NCBI GenBank assembly: GCA_034780895.1 | Contig: JAUZTB010000001.1 | Span: forward strand, 65,772,407-65,836,406 | Length of the DNA stretch: 64,000 nucleotides | Direction of reading: 5' to 3' | Source of the DNA: Rhynchobatus australiae | Lineage: Eukaryota | Shown: positions 38,501-52,544 of the stretch, piece after piece | Layout: each line of letters opens with the position of its first letter | How positions within the stretch are numbered: the stretch's first letter is position 1 | Notes under the pieces: generated by a model | What the model was told of the DNA's origin: nothing | Databases searched by the model: none | What the model saw: the letters and a program-made list of their open reading frames with translations, nothing else | Made by a program: the position numbers and the translations under genes

Positions 38501-39049
38501 CCAACCATGTTGATACTTGGATAAAAAAATAAGTGCTGAGGAGAGTTTGAAACACTTGAAATGATTCACTGTGTAGAAATCAAGTTTTATGCTAAGTTAT
38601 TGGGTCATTAATGAGTTTTATGCCNNNNNNNNNNNNNNNNNNNNNNNNNNNNNNNNNNNNNNNNNNNNNNNNNNNNNNNNNNNNNNNNNNNNNNNNNNNN
38701 NNNNNNNNNNNNNNNNNNNNNNNNAACATTTTTACTTCTAACATTCTAACATTTTTACTTTTATTTCACTTATTATCATAAGTAGTTATTAATAAAGTAG
38801 AATTTAACACTTATACATGTTTCGGTGTGTTTCTTTTGTTGCTGGTTCGTAACATTGTTGCAATCCTGCAAGTCTTTCTTGGTTTCCATAGCTGTTTGAA
38901 GTTGCAAAATTTGAAGTGGTCTAATAACTGCTAAAGGACTTTACCCTGACTTTTGCACAAAGCAGTTGTTTAGTAAATGGTAGTTGATATTTCCTTTGGA
39001 ATACAGAATGTTCAGAGAGCATGCAGATCAGACAAGTTGTTGTTGGAGG

Positions 39050-39290
39050 GTTGGGAGGCAGAGGGGGAGAAGAGCTCTCATCAGGAGGCAGTAAGCATCT
39101 AGTGAGTGATGGAAGCAATTCTCCGAAATCAATTCACAGACCAGAAAGCTCAAGAAATGCCTGTGCTTCACTAAGGACATCTTTACTGAAATCTGCTGCC
39201 TGTAGGGGCACAATGCTAAATTCAGAATGGGACATTGCCAGGGCTGTCAATGTGATAGTGGAAATTAATTCTTATTTGCCTGGTTACGAG
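39050..39290 (+). mobile_element. PIF/Harbinger (HARBI1-like) transposase fossil
   Basis: Frameshifted remnants CLCFTKDIFTEICCL and TLP.AVNVIVEINSYLPG resemble the Harbinger N-terminal pattern RLRF.K....IC.L ... ALPVAVKV..ALNFYASG. Confidence 0.55.
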
Positions 39291-39314
39291 ATGCACGATA
39301 ATTATCTGTTGAGC

Positions 39315-39375
39315 AGAAGAAGGAAGGAGGAGGAAGAGAAAGAGAAAGAGAAAGAGAAAGAAGAAGGCAGGAAGT
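39315..39375. repeat. Purine-rich (GAGAAA)n simple repeat
   Basis: Seen directly. Confidence 0.9.
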
Positions 39376-40299
39376 GATCCATACTCCTTTCCATTGGTAC
39401 AATTGGTGCAGCACTGATCTGAAAGTGAAACTGGTAAGTGTGATCCCATTTCCCCATTGAAAAAATCTGGGCTCTTACCTCTTCATAAAGTCTTGTGGCA
39501 TACTGGTTATATACTCAGTCATGCTCCTTGACATTCTGAAAAGTTTCCCACTGTGCAAAACACATTATGATTCCCATCAGCTTCTTCCATTACAACTTTC
39601 TCCATCTAAATCCTAACCTGAATACTCTGCAGCAAAACCACTAACAATCTTGCTCACTGATGGACTATGTCTCAGCTATCCTTGCCCCTTACCTTTGCTT
39701 TAGTTCACTTGCTTCCAATATCTCACAAGATGCAGAGCTCATCTCTTTATTTTCCCCAAAACAATGTGGTTTGTCAGTTTCTGAAATGAAAACTAGAATT
39801 AGGACTGGGATGTCTTCTTCATGATTATCATCTTTTACTTCCTGCTGTTCCAGGCTGGGTTGCAGTGTTTCAGTATATGGAAATGAAAAAGGGTCCTGGA
39901 AATGATTGTGGTGCAGGGAGGTGGATGGGGAGTGGGGTGGAATCAAGAGTTACATGCTTGCACCATCAGCAGCTCATAAATAAGAAGCAAGTTGTGTTGA
40001 AGGGGATTTGCAATTTGCTTTGTCATGCATCAGAAGGCTATCAAGACTTTTCTGGTCCTGCAATCTCATATTAATAAGATTAGGTACATTGTCAAAGGCA
40101 GACTTGTAAAGTAAGAGAGAGTAAGGGACTGCTCAGTTGGATCTGTCCGTTCAGGGCCAACAGCGATGAAATACCATCACACTGGCTCTACTCCAGTCCA
40201 GCTCTGGTAATTAGCAACGGTGAGGCTTTGGATTACTGCCACAGCTTGAAAGGAGTAAATATGAATAAAAGGTACCTGGGGTAAGGGATTCCAACCTCT

Positions 40300-41185
40300 G
40301 ATACACCCAAGGAAGTTGGCCTGTTTTCCTCTGAGTAAAATGGATTGAGAGGTGATTTGATTAGAGTTGTATAAAGGTATGATGGGTGTATTATTGTGAA
40401 TGAAGAGTATTCCCAGATGGTTCAAAGAGCAGGTGAAGAGTTGATGAAGGGCAATGATAACGGGATGTGAGGATAAACATTTTTACATGAAGTATGGTAA
40501 TGATCGAGAACTCTGATTCACTGAATTAGTGTGAATTGGATCAAATCCAAAGAGAATTAGTAAGGCAGTTGATGGAAATTAACCTACTGGCTGTGGAGAA
40601 AGAGCATGTGAATGGGACTGAATGGAATACTCTGCAGGGAACTGATTTCATCTCCCTCCTCCCTTTCTATCCCATCTTTAGTCATTCCCTACCATGCATA
40701 GTAGGCCCCCACTCTTCCGCTAGGCTGTCCCCGCTCTCCCTCCCCCAGAATGGCAGGGCTATCGTATAAGGGAAAAAACTGGGCCAACTTAGCCTGTTTT
40801 CTCTGGGGTTCAGAAGAATGTAAGGGAATCTCACCAAAATGCACAAAATTCTGATAGGACTAGATGGGATGGATGAAGGGAGGATGTTTCCTTGACTGGG
40901 GCTTTCAAGACTAGGGGTCACAGTCTGAGGATATGGGTTGGATACTTGGGATTGAAATGAGGAGGTTTCCTCACTCAGAAGGTGGTGAACCTGTGAATTC
41001 TTCGCCACAGAAAGCTGTCACTGTATTTAATAAGGAATCAGATACATTTCTGAGCATAAATCACTGAGGCATAGGTGAAGAGAGTAGGAATATGTACTGT
41101 GATAGAGGATCAGCCATGTTTGTATTGAATGATGAAGCAGGCTTGAAGGGCCAAATGGCCTACCTGTACATCCCATTTTCTAACG
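40300..41185 (+). mobile_element. Two CR1 3' end fragments (about 40300-40650 and 40790-41185)
   Basis: gaggtgatttgattagagttgtataaa; ttcctcactcagaaggtggtgaacctgtgaattc; tail gcaggcttgaagggccaaatggcctac. Confidence 0.75.
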
Positions 41186-42212
41186 CTCATTCATTCCCAC
41201 CATTCTGTTTTATTCTTATTCACTCACTCTGTCTGGATGCTGCCTGCATGCCATCCTCATTTAATAAAAGACAGTTTTGCTGAGGAAACCAAGAATTTTT
41301 GCTCCTTGGATTTGTTCATCAGATATTTGCATTGTTGAATTTCTCATTTGTTTTGCAATGTATTCTTGTATTCCATTTTCATTGTGTCGAAAATAAGACA
41401 TTAAGATCTGCCACCATCTTAGAGTATATCCCAAAATTAATGTAACTGGAATGTATAAGCATTTTCTGGAAACAAAATACACAGAACAACGATAAGAATG
41501 TTCCAACCATTTGTTTTATTCACGGGAAAATAATGCCAGTGCCTTTATTTCACAACAGTCCCCAGGGAAGTGAGAACTTTGATTCTCTGCATGGAGCAGA
41601 CAGATGGTTGGCAATAAATTAAATGATATCATGGTGCCGATAATGGATATAGGAGCTGAAGACGATGAAGCTGTTCACATGTCTACCCTGTACATTGGGG
41701 AATATATTCTGCAAAGGAAAGATGCTGCAGAGATGTAGAATATTAACATCTGGGATATGAGATGCAAAATTATGGAAGGGCATTCCGATGCACGAACTAG
41801 TCACTTTGTCATGAAAATGACAGTGGGCTGAAATCTTGAATATAAAATCTTAGATAAATGTGTCTTCTATGTTTGTGTGATGCCCACAATTGAGTTAGTG
41901 TAAGGCAAATTGATTGCATTCTTAATGCTTTGTTAAGGCACTTTAGAATTGCACTGCAAGATCTAAGAAAGAAATTTTTGGTATATTTTACAGATTTATA
42001 GGTATGTAGTTGAAAATATATAACATGGTTTGTAACATTCTCATACAAATGCATGCTTGTTTAAGGAGCATCTGACCAATTCAGTAATCATCCCTTTTCC
42101 TTCTCCTCTGCATCCACAGTGTAAAGAGTCTTGATTTGTTTCCTTCTGCATGGTTTTAAACAAATTTTCCTTCCCTGCCTTTTTCCATTCCTTTTCCCTT
42201 GCACCTCCACAG

Positions 42213-42290
42213 CATGTTCCCTCAAGTCGCCACAGTAAACAGGTCAGACGCCATCTTGACTTTATGGAGGAAGACTTGGAGCTAAGGACT
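42213..42290 (+). CDS. RAPH1: RAPH1 alternative cassette exon A (HVPSSRHSKQVRRHLDFMEEDLELRT)
   Basis: Long polypyrimidine tract ending ccacAG, 78 nt, phase 0/0, perfect GTAAGT donor. Resembles the human isoform insert HAISLRCSSKQAKRHIDFTEEQAELTP (recalled, not searched). Confidence 0.85.
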
Positions 42291-44849
42291 GTAAGTCACT
42301 GTTGTAGTGTGTTTATACATGGAGTTTCCACAGTTTTCCTTCCTTGCATGCATTTGCTTTTTCCACACTGTCCCCAGCTTACATTATTTGCTGTTTCACA
42401 CTGCTCCTTTCTTATCTGGTTATGGTTCTCATTTAAATAAATCAGTAAACGGTGATCAGCGTCTGAAAGAGAAATTCACAATTTTAATGTAAAAAATGCT
42501 TTCTCAGGCTCATTTAAAGCAAAACCCTTTTGAGTTTAGAGATCCACAACATTGACAAAAATATAGAACTTTGTACTTTCGATAGAGCTGTATTCTCAGA
42601 ACCACAAACATCCCTTTGTTTACTCTATGGAAGTGCACTAATGTAGAACATTGAGTTTAATCTTTCAGAAGAGTTACCTGAAGAAACCTCACAAATGACT
42701 TGGATTTCCATTTCAGTTTGCTAACACTCCTAACTGCTTTCTTCACCTATGCATCCCTAATTTAGGTTTACAGATGAAACATGGCCACAGAAATCCTCAG
42801 CAATAAATTCATGACTTTAGTAAGGGGCAGGAGAGAAAAGTAGCCCACTGCCATAGATAAGTAAAATAAGTTTGTAGCAGAATTATTTTTAATGATTATA
42901 TTGTGTTATTTAATGAAGTGGCATGTATAGCTAGGATTTTGTTATATAGCTAACAAAACTGGGGATAATGTGAGCATCTTTGCACTGTGGATTTGCCATT
43001 GATAATCAATCATCTTTACAGTTTTATTGGTTGTTATCCCAAATTTGCTACTGTTGTGCAATTTCAGAGATCCAATGCTAATTTCCACCTGCTAGCAGCT
43101 TGTTTNNNNNNNNNNNNNNNNNNNNNNNNNNNNNNNNNNNNNNNNNNNNNNNNNNNNGGCTTGGTCCTGTGAGGCAAGTCCGGTTCAGTGCAAGTAATGT
43201 TCCAGCTGTAACGAACTGCACAACCTTTCCCAATTAGTGTGCTGGGAAGCAGTGCTATTGTATCAAAAATAACTCCTTGCTGCATTACATTGTAAAGAAA
43301 TGGAGAAACAGACTCAGCCTATCTTAATTTTTGAATTGCTATTTATATAAAATACTGCAGAGCAAGCACTGATTTCATTCAGCATCTCAGTTAGAACCAC
43401 TAATCCTTCAATTTAAACCCTATGAGAGTTAAAGATGCAAATTGGAACAAATCCCAAGGCCTTTTGTGAAAGCCAGATTCAGTAGAGATTGTTTTCTCCC
43501 ATCCCTGTAACAATTCTGTTTGGTACAGTGATGAAAGTCACCATCAGCTGCTTAGCAACAGTTTGCAACCATAAAGCCAATTATTAAATGTGCCTTAATT
43601 TAAAGAGAGGCTCTTAAATTGTCTCCAAATGTAAATTATGATGAGACATTTAAATTAGTTTTTGATCTATCATTTACTTGATAAGTATATATTTCTGTTT
43701 TCTTCTCCAATGACTACAATGGATGATACCTATTTGGGTACCCTGCCTAAGGGACAAGGTTACTCTTTGAAATTGATATCATTAAAGCCAAAACTCAGCC
43801 TTGTCACGTCTATATATACATTTTATTCAAACAATATCAATTTGCATTTATAAAACAATGATATTGAAAAACATGATAAGAGCATAACAGGCGAAAAAAA
43901 TGATAAGCTGTAAAGATAGGGATGAAAAGGTTGGCCTTTCATCTGAAGGGAGGGGTTTAGGGAGAAAATTCCAAAGCTTAAGGCCTCGATGGTTGTATCC
44001 ATGGCTTGCAGTGATTGGAAATGGAAAATTTGGAGAAACACCAAATACTCAGGGAAATGGATGGAATGAGAGGTTGNNNNNNNNNNNNNNNNAGATGACC
44101 AAGACAATGGATAAAACCAATAAGGTTTTGAACATGAGAATGAGAATTTTAAGTTATACTTTTGGTGGACTATACCAGGAGCCAATGTAGGTTAGTGGGC
44201 TCACTAAGGATAAGTGAGTGTGGTTTGGCACATTTATTTAGGGTAGAATAAAGAAAGTCAACCAGTAAACTATCGGAGTAATTTAGTCAATAGGATTTCC
44301 CTGGATAGTTACCATTTTTGATCAGTTACTTTGTCCTGTAGACGAGTTGATATGCTCTGAATATGATGAGCCCACCTCACTTTAGGCCAAGAACCAAACC
44401 TGAAACCTTTCCAGTATGTATTATTGGTTCTTTTTTTTGCTTTTGCACTTAGCTACTGAATCTCCAAAGGAAGTTTGGGAAGAGGTTTTATTTAGGTTTG
44501 TGGTATGGCGGTGTCAAGTAATTTGTTTCACGTGCAACTTTGGAGGTAAGCCTGGACTTTGGGAAACGACAGCAGTTCATTTTTACTGGTGCCAACAATG
44601 ATGCAAGAACCAATGGGTCAAGAAACACCAGAAAAATAATGTTTACTTTTTGAAGAAGCATAGGTGAAGTGTCAAGGCTCATTATTCAAGAAAAAAATAA
44701 TAAAAATGAATTAAAGATGAGAAGTGGTCATATGATGAAGTAAAGCCAGGATTAAATATTAAAATACTGCATATTGCAGGCTTGATGGAATGAGGACTTT
44801 TTTGAGGTCATTTTTGAGGACTTTTTGAAGTGAGAACATGCAAAAGATC

Positions 44850-46500
44850 TGCATAACATAGGAAATAGGAGCACAAGTCAGTCATTCAGCCTCAAACTTG
44901 CCCTGCTATTTAACAAAATTATAGATGTTCTATCTCAAAACAACATTTTCGTGCCTTATCTCAATATCCCATGATTCCTTTAATATCCATAAACACCTGT
45001 ATTCAACATAATCAGTGATTGATCCTTCACAAGCCCCCACTGTCAGAGAATTCCAAAAATTCACCACACTTTGAGCGAAGACATTTCTCCAGATATTAGT
45101 CCTGAGCAACCTACCCCTTGCTCTGAAACTGTGACCCATGGTTCTAGATTTCTGAGCTAGGTCAGGTCGGTGGCGATGACTCCAGGTGTTGTCTCACCAA
45201 GGCCCTATACAAATGCGGTAAATATCTTTTACTCTTGTTATAATGGTGAGTTTACCATTTGCCTCCCTAATTGCCTGCTGCATGTCCACGTCAGCATTCA
45301 ACAATGTGCTCAAGAAAGCTCAGGTCCCTTTGAACATCAACAAGTTCGAATCTCTTGCCATTTAAAAATGCAAGGCATTTCTCCTTTGCCTACCAGAGTG
45401 AGTTTCCATATTGTATGCCTTCTGCATAGTTGCCTACTTGACTTATCTATCATCCCCTTAAAATCACTTTGCACCCTTCTCACTAATCTCATATTTACTC
45501 AGTTTTGTGTCCTTGGCAAACTTGGAAATGTTAAACTCCTCAATGTTGTAAGTGAAAAGTTGGGGACCAAGCATTGCTCCCTGCAGTACCCCCATAGTCA
45601 CAGCTTGCTGACCTTAGAAGGACCAGTTTATTCCTTTTAGTTTCTATCTGTTAATCAGCTCTCAAGATGTGAGTATACTGTCCAAAATGCCATGCACTCC
45701 AACCTTGTCCAGCAACCTTCCATGTGATATCTTAAACCTTCTGAAAATCTAAATGCACCACATCCACTGGTTCCCCCTCATTTACTCTGTTAGCTACATC
45801 TTCAAAGAACTCTCTTGATTGGTCAAACATGATTTCACTTTGATAAATCTATGTTGACTCTAGTCAATCAAATTGTTAAATTTCCAAATGTTTGATATTG
45901 CATGCTTGATTACAGTTTCCAGCTGTTTCCTACTATGGATGTCGGGCAAATAGATCAATAGTTCCAGTTTTTTCCTCTCCTTCCTTTCTGAAATAGTGGG
46001 GTCACATTTATCATTGGCCAATCTACAAGAACATTCCTCAATCTGAAGAATTTTGGCAGACCTGAGGAACTACACTTTTCATAGCACCTCTTTCAGAACT
46101 CCAGGAATAAATCATTAGGTCCTTGGGATTTATAAATTTTCAGATTAATTAATTTCTCTAGTAGTATTTTATTACAAATATGTATTATTTTTATGCAAGC
46201 CTAGCCTGTTCAGCCTTTCCTTATAAAATACCCTGCCCATTCTAGGTATTAGTCTGGTAAACCTCCTCTGAATAGTTTCCAACTTATCAACATCCTTAAA
46301 TAAGGAGATCAATACTGTACGCAGTATTCAATATGTGGTCTCACCAATACCCTTCATGTAAAGCTTAATCTCAATTCTCCTAGCAATAAACAATAACATT
46401 CTGTTAGCTTTTCTAATTACTTTCTGTACTTGCATTCTAGCCTTTTGAAAATCATGTACTAGTGCATCCAGATCCTTCTACACCTCATCCCTTTGCAGCT
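44850..46500 (-). mobile_element. CR1 LINE fragments (3' tail and RT)
   Basis: ORF 44930..45139 (GHSFRARG...FAQSVVNFWNSL). Minus-strand VVHLDFQK and GTAGSNAWSP (degenerate GVPQGSVLGP) motifs. Confidence 0.8.
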
Positions 46501-48329
46501 TTGTCTTGTACTCTTTTCTCTCCTTCCATATTTTTTGTCACACTTGTATTCTGTCCAACTTTCTGATCTGCCAACCATTCTTTGAGCAATGATATGCTTT
46601 ATCTTTGTCTGATACTAATTTTAACTCTTGTAGTTAATCACAGATGGTGGGTCCTCTCTGGAATTTTTATTTTTCGTTTTCTTTTTATAACTGTATCTAA
46701 TGAATTTATTTTCCCCTCTCTTCAGTTTCTTTGTCTATCTTAATAAAGCATTTAAGGCATTCCTTTGCTATGAATCTTCATCTTGCAGTCGAACTGGTTT
46801 TAAGAAGTTGGAGCAGATTGAAGTGATCAGTGGCTGCCATGAATAATCCAGGCAAAGCACAAAAAATAAAGGGTTGTGGCTCTCAGTCCATTGCATCTCA
46901 TTCAAGTACTGTCTTTGAATTGGGATGCTGAAATCAATTGTAGCAGCCTAGTTGAGTTTTCGTAACTCAGTGTGAACTCTTAGTGCCTTGATTGGACACT
47001 GCTTTTAATTATNNNNNNNNNNNNNNNNNNNNNNNNNNNNNNNNNNNNNNNNNNNNNNNNNNNNNNNNNNNNNNNNNNNNNNNNNNNNNNNNNNNNNNNN
47101 NNNNNNNNNNNNTTTAATTATCTGAGTTATGAAGGAAGTGAAAGTTGGCAGTTTTCTAAGCTTTCAAATTAAAACACAACTTCTTTTGAAAAATGAAATG
47201 TTGTTAAGTCAAAGATTTAAAAGAGTTGGTCCTAATGCCTGGGTTATAACCTTTGTAATCTGACCAAACAAATAGAATCAAATATGATAGGGCTTCTTTA
47301 TCATCTGATAAAGGGATGGAGGAACATAATTCGACGTCAAAAACTAATGCAAGGGTAGCCAAATGATAACTCTGTTATGTTGCCTTCTTAATGGTATTCT
47401 GGGCTTTCTATTATTTTAAATGGAACAGTTTGAACTTTGCCACACATATAAAGTGGAATTCGGAACTCATTATGAGCAGTACTGCATGTTCTTTCCATCA
47501 CAGAGGCTGACTATGGTAAATGCATAGAATTGTCCAAGTAGTGCCACAGATTTACATACCCAAGCTGTGAAAGGTGAAGTACAACCCATCCCTGATCAGG
47601 GAATGTACTAGTAAATTCATTAAAGGTGTGGGAGATGAAAATTATTGTGCGGAGCAAATACTTTTCATTTGGGCTTATCTCACAGTGTTGACGCAGTCTT
47701 ACCGCTTTACCTTGAAGCGGTGATGGACATTTTCTTTAAATTCCTCATTATGGTTTTATATAACTGAATGACTTGCTGGACAGATAATAATCAAAAACGA
47801 GCTATAGTACCATGCACGCNNNNNNNNNNNNNNNNNNNNNNNNNNNNNNNNNNNNNNNNNNNNNNNNNNNNNNNNNNNNNNNNNNNNNNNNNNNNNNNNN
47901 NNNNNNNNNNNNNNNNNNNGCTAGATCAGTTAATTGCAGGTTTCCTTCTACAAAGGAATCATTGAAATATTTGAGTATTTACACCGATCTGACAACTTGG
48001 TAGTAAGCGTTACTGATTTTATTTTAAATTCTCATTCCCAAATTGACGATGAGATTTAAATTGTGTTCTTTGGATGATTGGTCTATGGGCATAAACAGTG
48101 CCATGCCTCTTATTATAGTGAAAACATTACTTTGAGTTTAACCTGCATTTTATCACTTTGAATGTATTTTCTGCCTTCCTTGATTAAACTAGAAAGTATT
48201 TCCTTTCCAAACACTAAAATGACTTCTTTTTGACTACTCTGAAATTGAAAAGTCATTGCCTCTGTGCTGTGCAGTCCTGTAGTCATATTGTTCAGACCCA
48301 ATTGCTTTTCATTTATTTAAGAAGGGCAG

Positions 48330-49595
48330 TGTGGATAAGCAAGATAATTACAGCCAATGAGCCTCGTGTTAGTGGTAGGGAAATTATTGGAGACAATCCA
48401 AAAGGGATGTACATTTTGTGGGCAATTCCTATCTCACACATTTGATTGAGTTTATTGAGAGGAAGTAGCTAAGAAGACTGATGAAGGCAGGGCAGTGCAC
48501 ATTGTCTATATGGATTTTAGAAAGGCATCTGACAATGTCCTGCATAGTAGGCTGACCCAGAAGATTAAGGCACATGGAATCCAAGACAACCTGGCCGAAC
48601 AGATCCAAAATTGGCTTGGTGATAGGAGACAGAGGGTAGAGGTAAAGGGATGCTTTTCTGATTAAAAGTCTGCGACCAGTAGTGTACCACAGGGATTGGT
48701 GCTGGGATCCTTGTTGTTTGTGTATGTATAGATGGCTTGGATGTGAATGTAGGAGGTATGATTAGTAAATTTGTAGATGATACAAAAGTTGGTGGTGGTG
48801 TGGATTGTAAGGAAGGTTTTCTAAGGCTACAAGCAGAATATAGATCAGGTAGAAAGTTGGATGGAGCATTGTCAGATGGAATTTAATCCCAACAAGTGTG
48901 GGGTGATGCATTTTGGTAAGTCAGGTTGGAGTAGGACAAATACCATATATGGTAGGGCACTAAGGAATGTTGATGACCAGAGGGACCTTGGGCGTTCAAA
49001 CCATAGTTCCCTGAAAGGTGGGTAGAATGGTGAAGAAGGCATATGGCATGTATGCCTTTGTAGGTTGAGGCATAGAATATAAATGTTGGAAAGTTGTATT
49101 GAACTTTACGAAACACTGGTTAGACCACACTTGGAGTGTGCAGTTCCGGTCACCACACAATAGGAAGGATGTGGTTGCCTGGAGAGAGTGCAGAGGAGGT
49201 TCCCTGGAGTGAAGGAGGCTGAAGGGTGACCGATAGAGGTATATAAAATTACAAGAGACATAGATAGATGGTCAGAATCTTTTCCTATGGTAGGGATATC
49301 AAAAACAAGAGGCATAGATTTAAGGTGAGAGGAAGGAGTTTTAAAGGGAATCTGAGGGGAAGGTTTTTTTTTCACAAAGAGAGTAGTTGTCAACTGAAAC
49401 TCACTGCCAGAGGAGGTGGTGGAATCAGACAGAAACCACTATGTTCAAGAGACATTTAGACATGTATTTAAGGAGGCAAGGCAATAGAACGATATGGACC
49501 TAAAGCTGGCAAATAGGATTAGTGCAGATGGGGGGGGGGGAGGGAAAGTTGGCATGGATGTGGTGAGCTGAAGGGCCCATTTCTGTGACTCTATG
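48330..49595 (+). mobile_element. CR1 LINE ORF2 RT region through 3' tail, decayed
   Basis: VYMDFRKASDNV, SVPQGLVLGSLLF, ISKFVDDTKV and LVRPHLE remnants. Tail gagctgaagggcccatttctgtg. Confidence 0.9.
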
Positions 49596-51356
49596 CAGTA
49601 TATAGGATTAAGTGTTAATGCTTATCAATTTACCACGTCACTTTTGGAATAGGTGTCGGGTTCTAATTTGTTTGCAGTGTTAAGCATTGACCATAATCTC
49701 TCCTCTTTGCAGTTCCTGGAAGGGTAGAGTGGAAATCATGAGCACTGGGCAAATAAAGCTTTTTTTTAGCTTGTAACAATTTTAGACTTCCTTTTTAAAA
49801 CTAAATCTGATGTGGAGAAAACAGTCTTCTTATTTGCACTGTCTTTGCCTCCACTGTTTAATCAAAACTCTGAGGAGTGCTGTGCTTATCACTACTTTGA
49901 TCAATTAGGTTATGAGCATATATGCCGATACTGAGTTCTGAATTGATTATTATTGCTTGTTGGCTGTTACTTAATGAAGCTAGGAAAGAAAAAATAAAAA
50001 AAAATTACATGTCATAATATTTGGCTGCAGCTCTATGATTTTTTTAAAAGACTTGTATATAGTAGGATTTTAGCTTTATTATTCAGTTTTAGTTGTGGCT
50101 TGGCAGAAAAACCAGTTCAAAGAAAAAGTGGTTAATTATTCAACCTCTGTGCAGTCAGTTTTTCTCTCTGATGCAGAATAAATTGATTATGGGTAGGATA
50201 AAGAGGGGTTCTGATTTTTTTTGATTGTGCTTTTGTGTTTCATAAACAGGGTAAATGGTCTGTTTCATCTTTGCCATAGCTTGTTTCTGTTGCAGCAAAA
50301 AGACACAAGCTAATTTGAACTTTAGAGCTAAACATCAGAAGGGCTGCTTTGCATTGAGCATTTAGAAAATAATTGTGTAATGTGGAGTAAATTCCTAAGT
50401 TATGATATATTAAATGTAGACTATTAATTTTCTCCATGGTGTATAAATGTGTTTTTTGGAAAATTACTTATTTTCTACCCTCCAACTATCCCTCATCACA
50501 AAACCTTTTGGTGATTCAATGCTACAATTATCATTTGGCCCAGGGATCATTCCTCGAGTGTCGATTGTATTAACATCATTGAAACATTATAGTTGAACAC
50601 CTTATTCATTTGTTGCAACTTCCACTAAAAACTTTTGGATGATGATCCCAATCCCTTCTCAGTAATAAAAATGCCCGTGCCTGACATTCTTATGCTACAC
50701 ATGAAATATACATCTCAAGTTAGACGACCTGTGTTCTACAGCTTGTAGCACTCAGACTGTGGGTTAGCCAAAAAATAAATATTGGGGGTTTCTCACAGGC
50801 ACTTCACTAATGAGTGTTTTTCATTATTGTTTTAAAAAAGGTACACCAGTAGATGGAATTACATCCCAGGTAAATGTAGATAGTTTATATTTGAGAACTA
50901 TATCAGAATGGCTTCCAAATAAGAATATACTCAAATCTTCCTTCCATTGGGAACAATTATTTTGTGCTCCTTATATTCAAGGGCAGTGGAAAATGACAAA
51001 AAAGTCTTTGAAACATTTGCCAAGAAATGGACTCCATCTTTTCTTCACATTCTTTTCCAAAGTAGGTCTATGACCCCCTAATGTACTTCCCTGAATAAAT
51101 ATAAGGCTGAATTTGAATCTTTATTGAAGAGGTGCTAAGTATTACGTAAGTCCGTAATATTCTGGTAAAATGTATGTTGAGTGCACATGATGTTTAAGGA
51201 ATATATGAATGTGTTATTAAAGAGTTGATATCAAGTAGTTTGCTGCTGAATTGCTTTTCTATAATGAGTAGATTCCTTTTTATTCTATGCTTGCACACTT
51301 CATTTTTTTTTATCACTGCACTGATTTATTTCTCTTTCTTTATTTCCTGCAACAAG

Positions 51357-51431
51357 CATTCCTATCTGGACAGGGAAACGTCAATCATTTTGAGAAACAT
51401 AGCTGGGAAACCTTCTCATTTGCTGACCAAG
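51357..51431 (+). CDS. RAPH1: RAPH1 alternative cassette exon B (HSYLDRETSIILRNIAGKPSHLLTK)
   Basis: Polypyrimidine tract then aacaAG, 75 nt, phase 0/0, AAG|GTGAAG donor. Nearly identical to the human isoform insert HSYLDRETSLLLRNIAGKPSHLLTK (recalled). Confidence 0.88.
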
Positions 51432-52544
51432 GTGAAGCGTATCTTCCAACCTGCATGTGATGAAACCCTGTAGGTAGAATGAATAACCCTGTGACTTGTC
51501 GCCATCCCATGCCCTCCTTAATATACAACATTCAAAGAATCCTTTGATTACCCATTTCCTCAGTCCCTTGCAATATATTGATCAAGCTCTTGAGACTGGT
51601 TATACCCAGCTTGTGTTCCTGTGTCTCTGCCAGTAATTGGCTTATTTGTTAACTCTTCCTGCTTGTGACCCACCCTTTCCTCCATAGATGAATGTGAAGC
51701 AGGTTTTGTCTTTTTGTATTTATGCATTTCAGAAACTTGCTACTTAATTGGGTAACTGCATGAAAACATCATGAGTACCTGCATGCAAACCCTTTGCAAC
51801 CTTTAAGTGCACTTTCTAGATAATTCAGAAAGGAAGTTTCCCTCGGCCTTTGTAATCTCTTCAGTCTTTGTTTTACCATTCTGTCAATTTATGTTAAATT
51901 ATGTGCAAGTTAACAATACCAAGGAAATGACAATATGCACTACACTGATGAAAAGAATCAATGTCCGGCCAATATTTTGCAGCATCATTTGTATTCAAAG
52001 TAAGCTTAGCTGACCATTCACATTCTGTGGAATTTATTACTGCTAACGAATTTAATACACACTTAGCAGAACCTAATTTTTATGACTGCTAGAGAATTTT
52101 ATAATTTCAAAGCTTGACTGCAGTGAATATATAGACGGTATTTATTTGGTTTGCCTTGTTTTGCCAGTCTTGGAACATAGAATTGGCAAATTTTGTATCA
52201 AGTTATACCAAAAACTTCAATACTGATGGCTGCTGAAATCTGAAATTATTTTTTACTTTTTAACCATTGGAGCAACTCAGTAAGGTGTCCCTAATGAAAT
52301 TTAGAAACCACATGAATTTTCACTCAGTTATGTAATTGTTTGCTTACCATTCCATTTCTTATTTAGCATGATTCCTTGTGAAGTCCTTGAAGATCAAGCA
52401 TTATGAAATGGATCCAGTGGTGCTAATGAGTATTCATTGATTATAGAAGTTTTAACTTAGATATATATGATAGATCCAGAACCAGATGCTTTTCTTTTTA
52501 AGCAGCCTACATGGCTTTCTTGGTTGCCTTTTGGGTAAAGGCAT

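Noticed and set aside
41590-41830. Coding-looking stretch (MVPIMDIGAEDDEAVHMSTLY...) upstream of cassette exon A
   Set aside because: In-frame stops, no good donor and no recognisable homology.
45170-45640. 156-aa ORF
   Set aside because: Antisense to decayed CR1 RT, with no recognisable protein.
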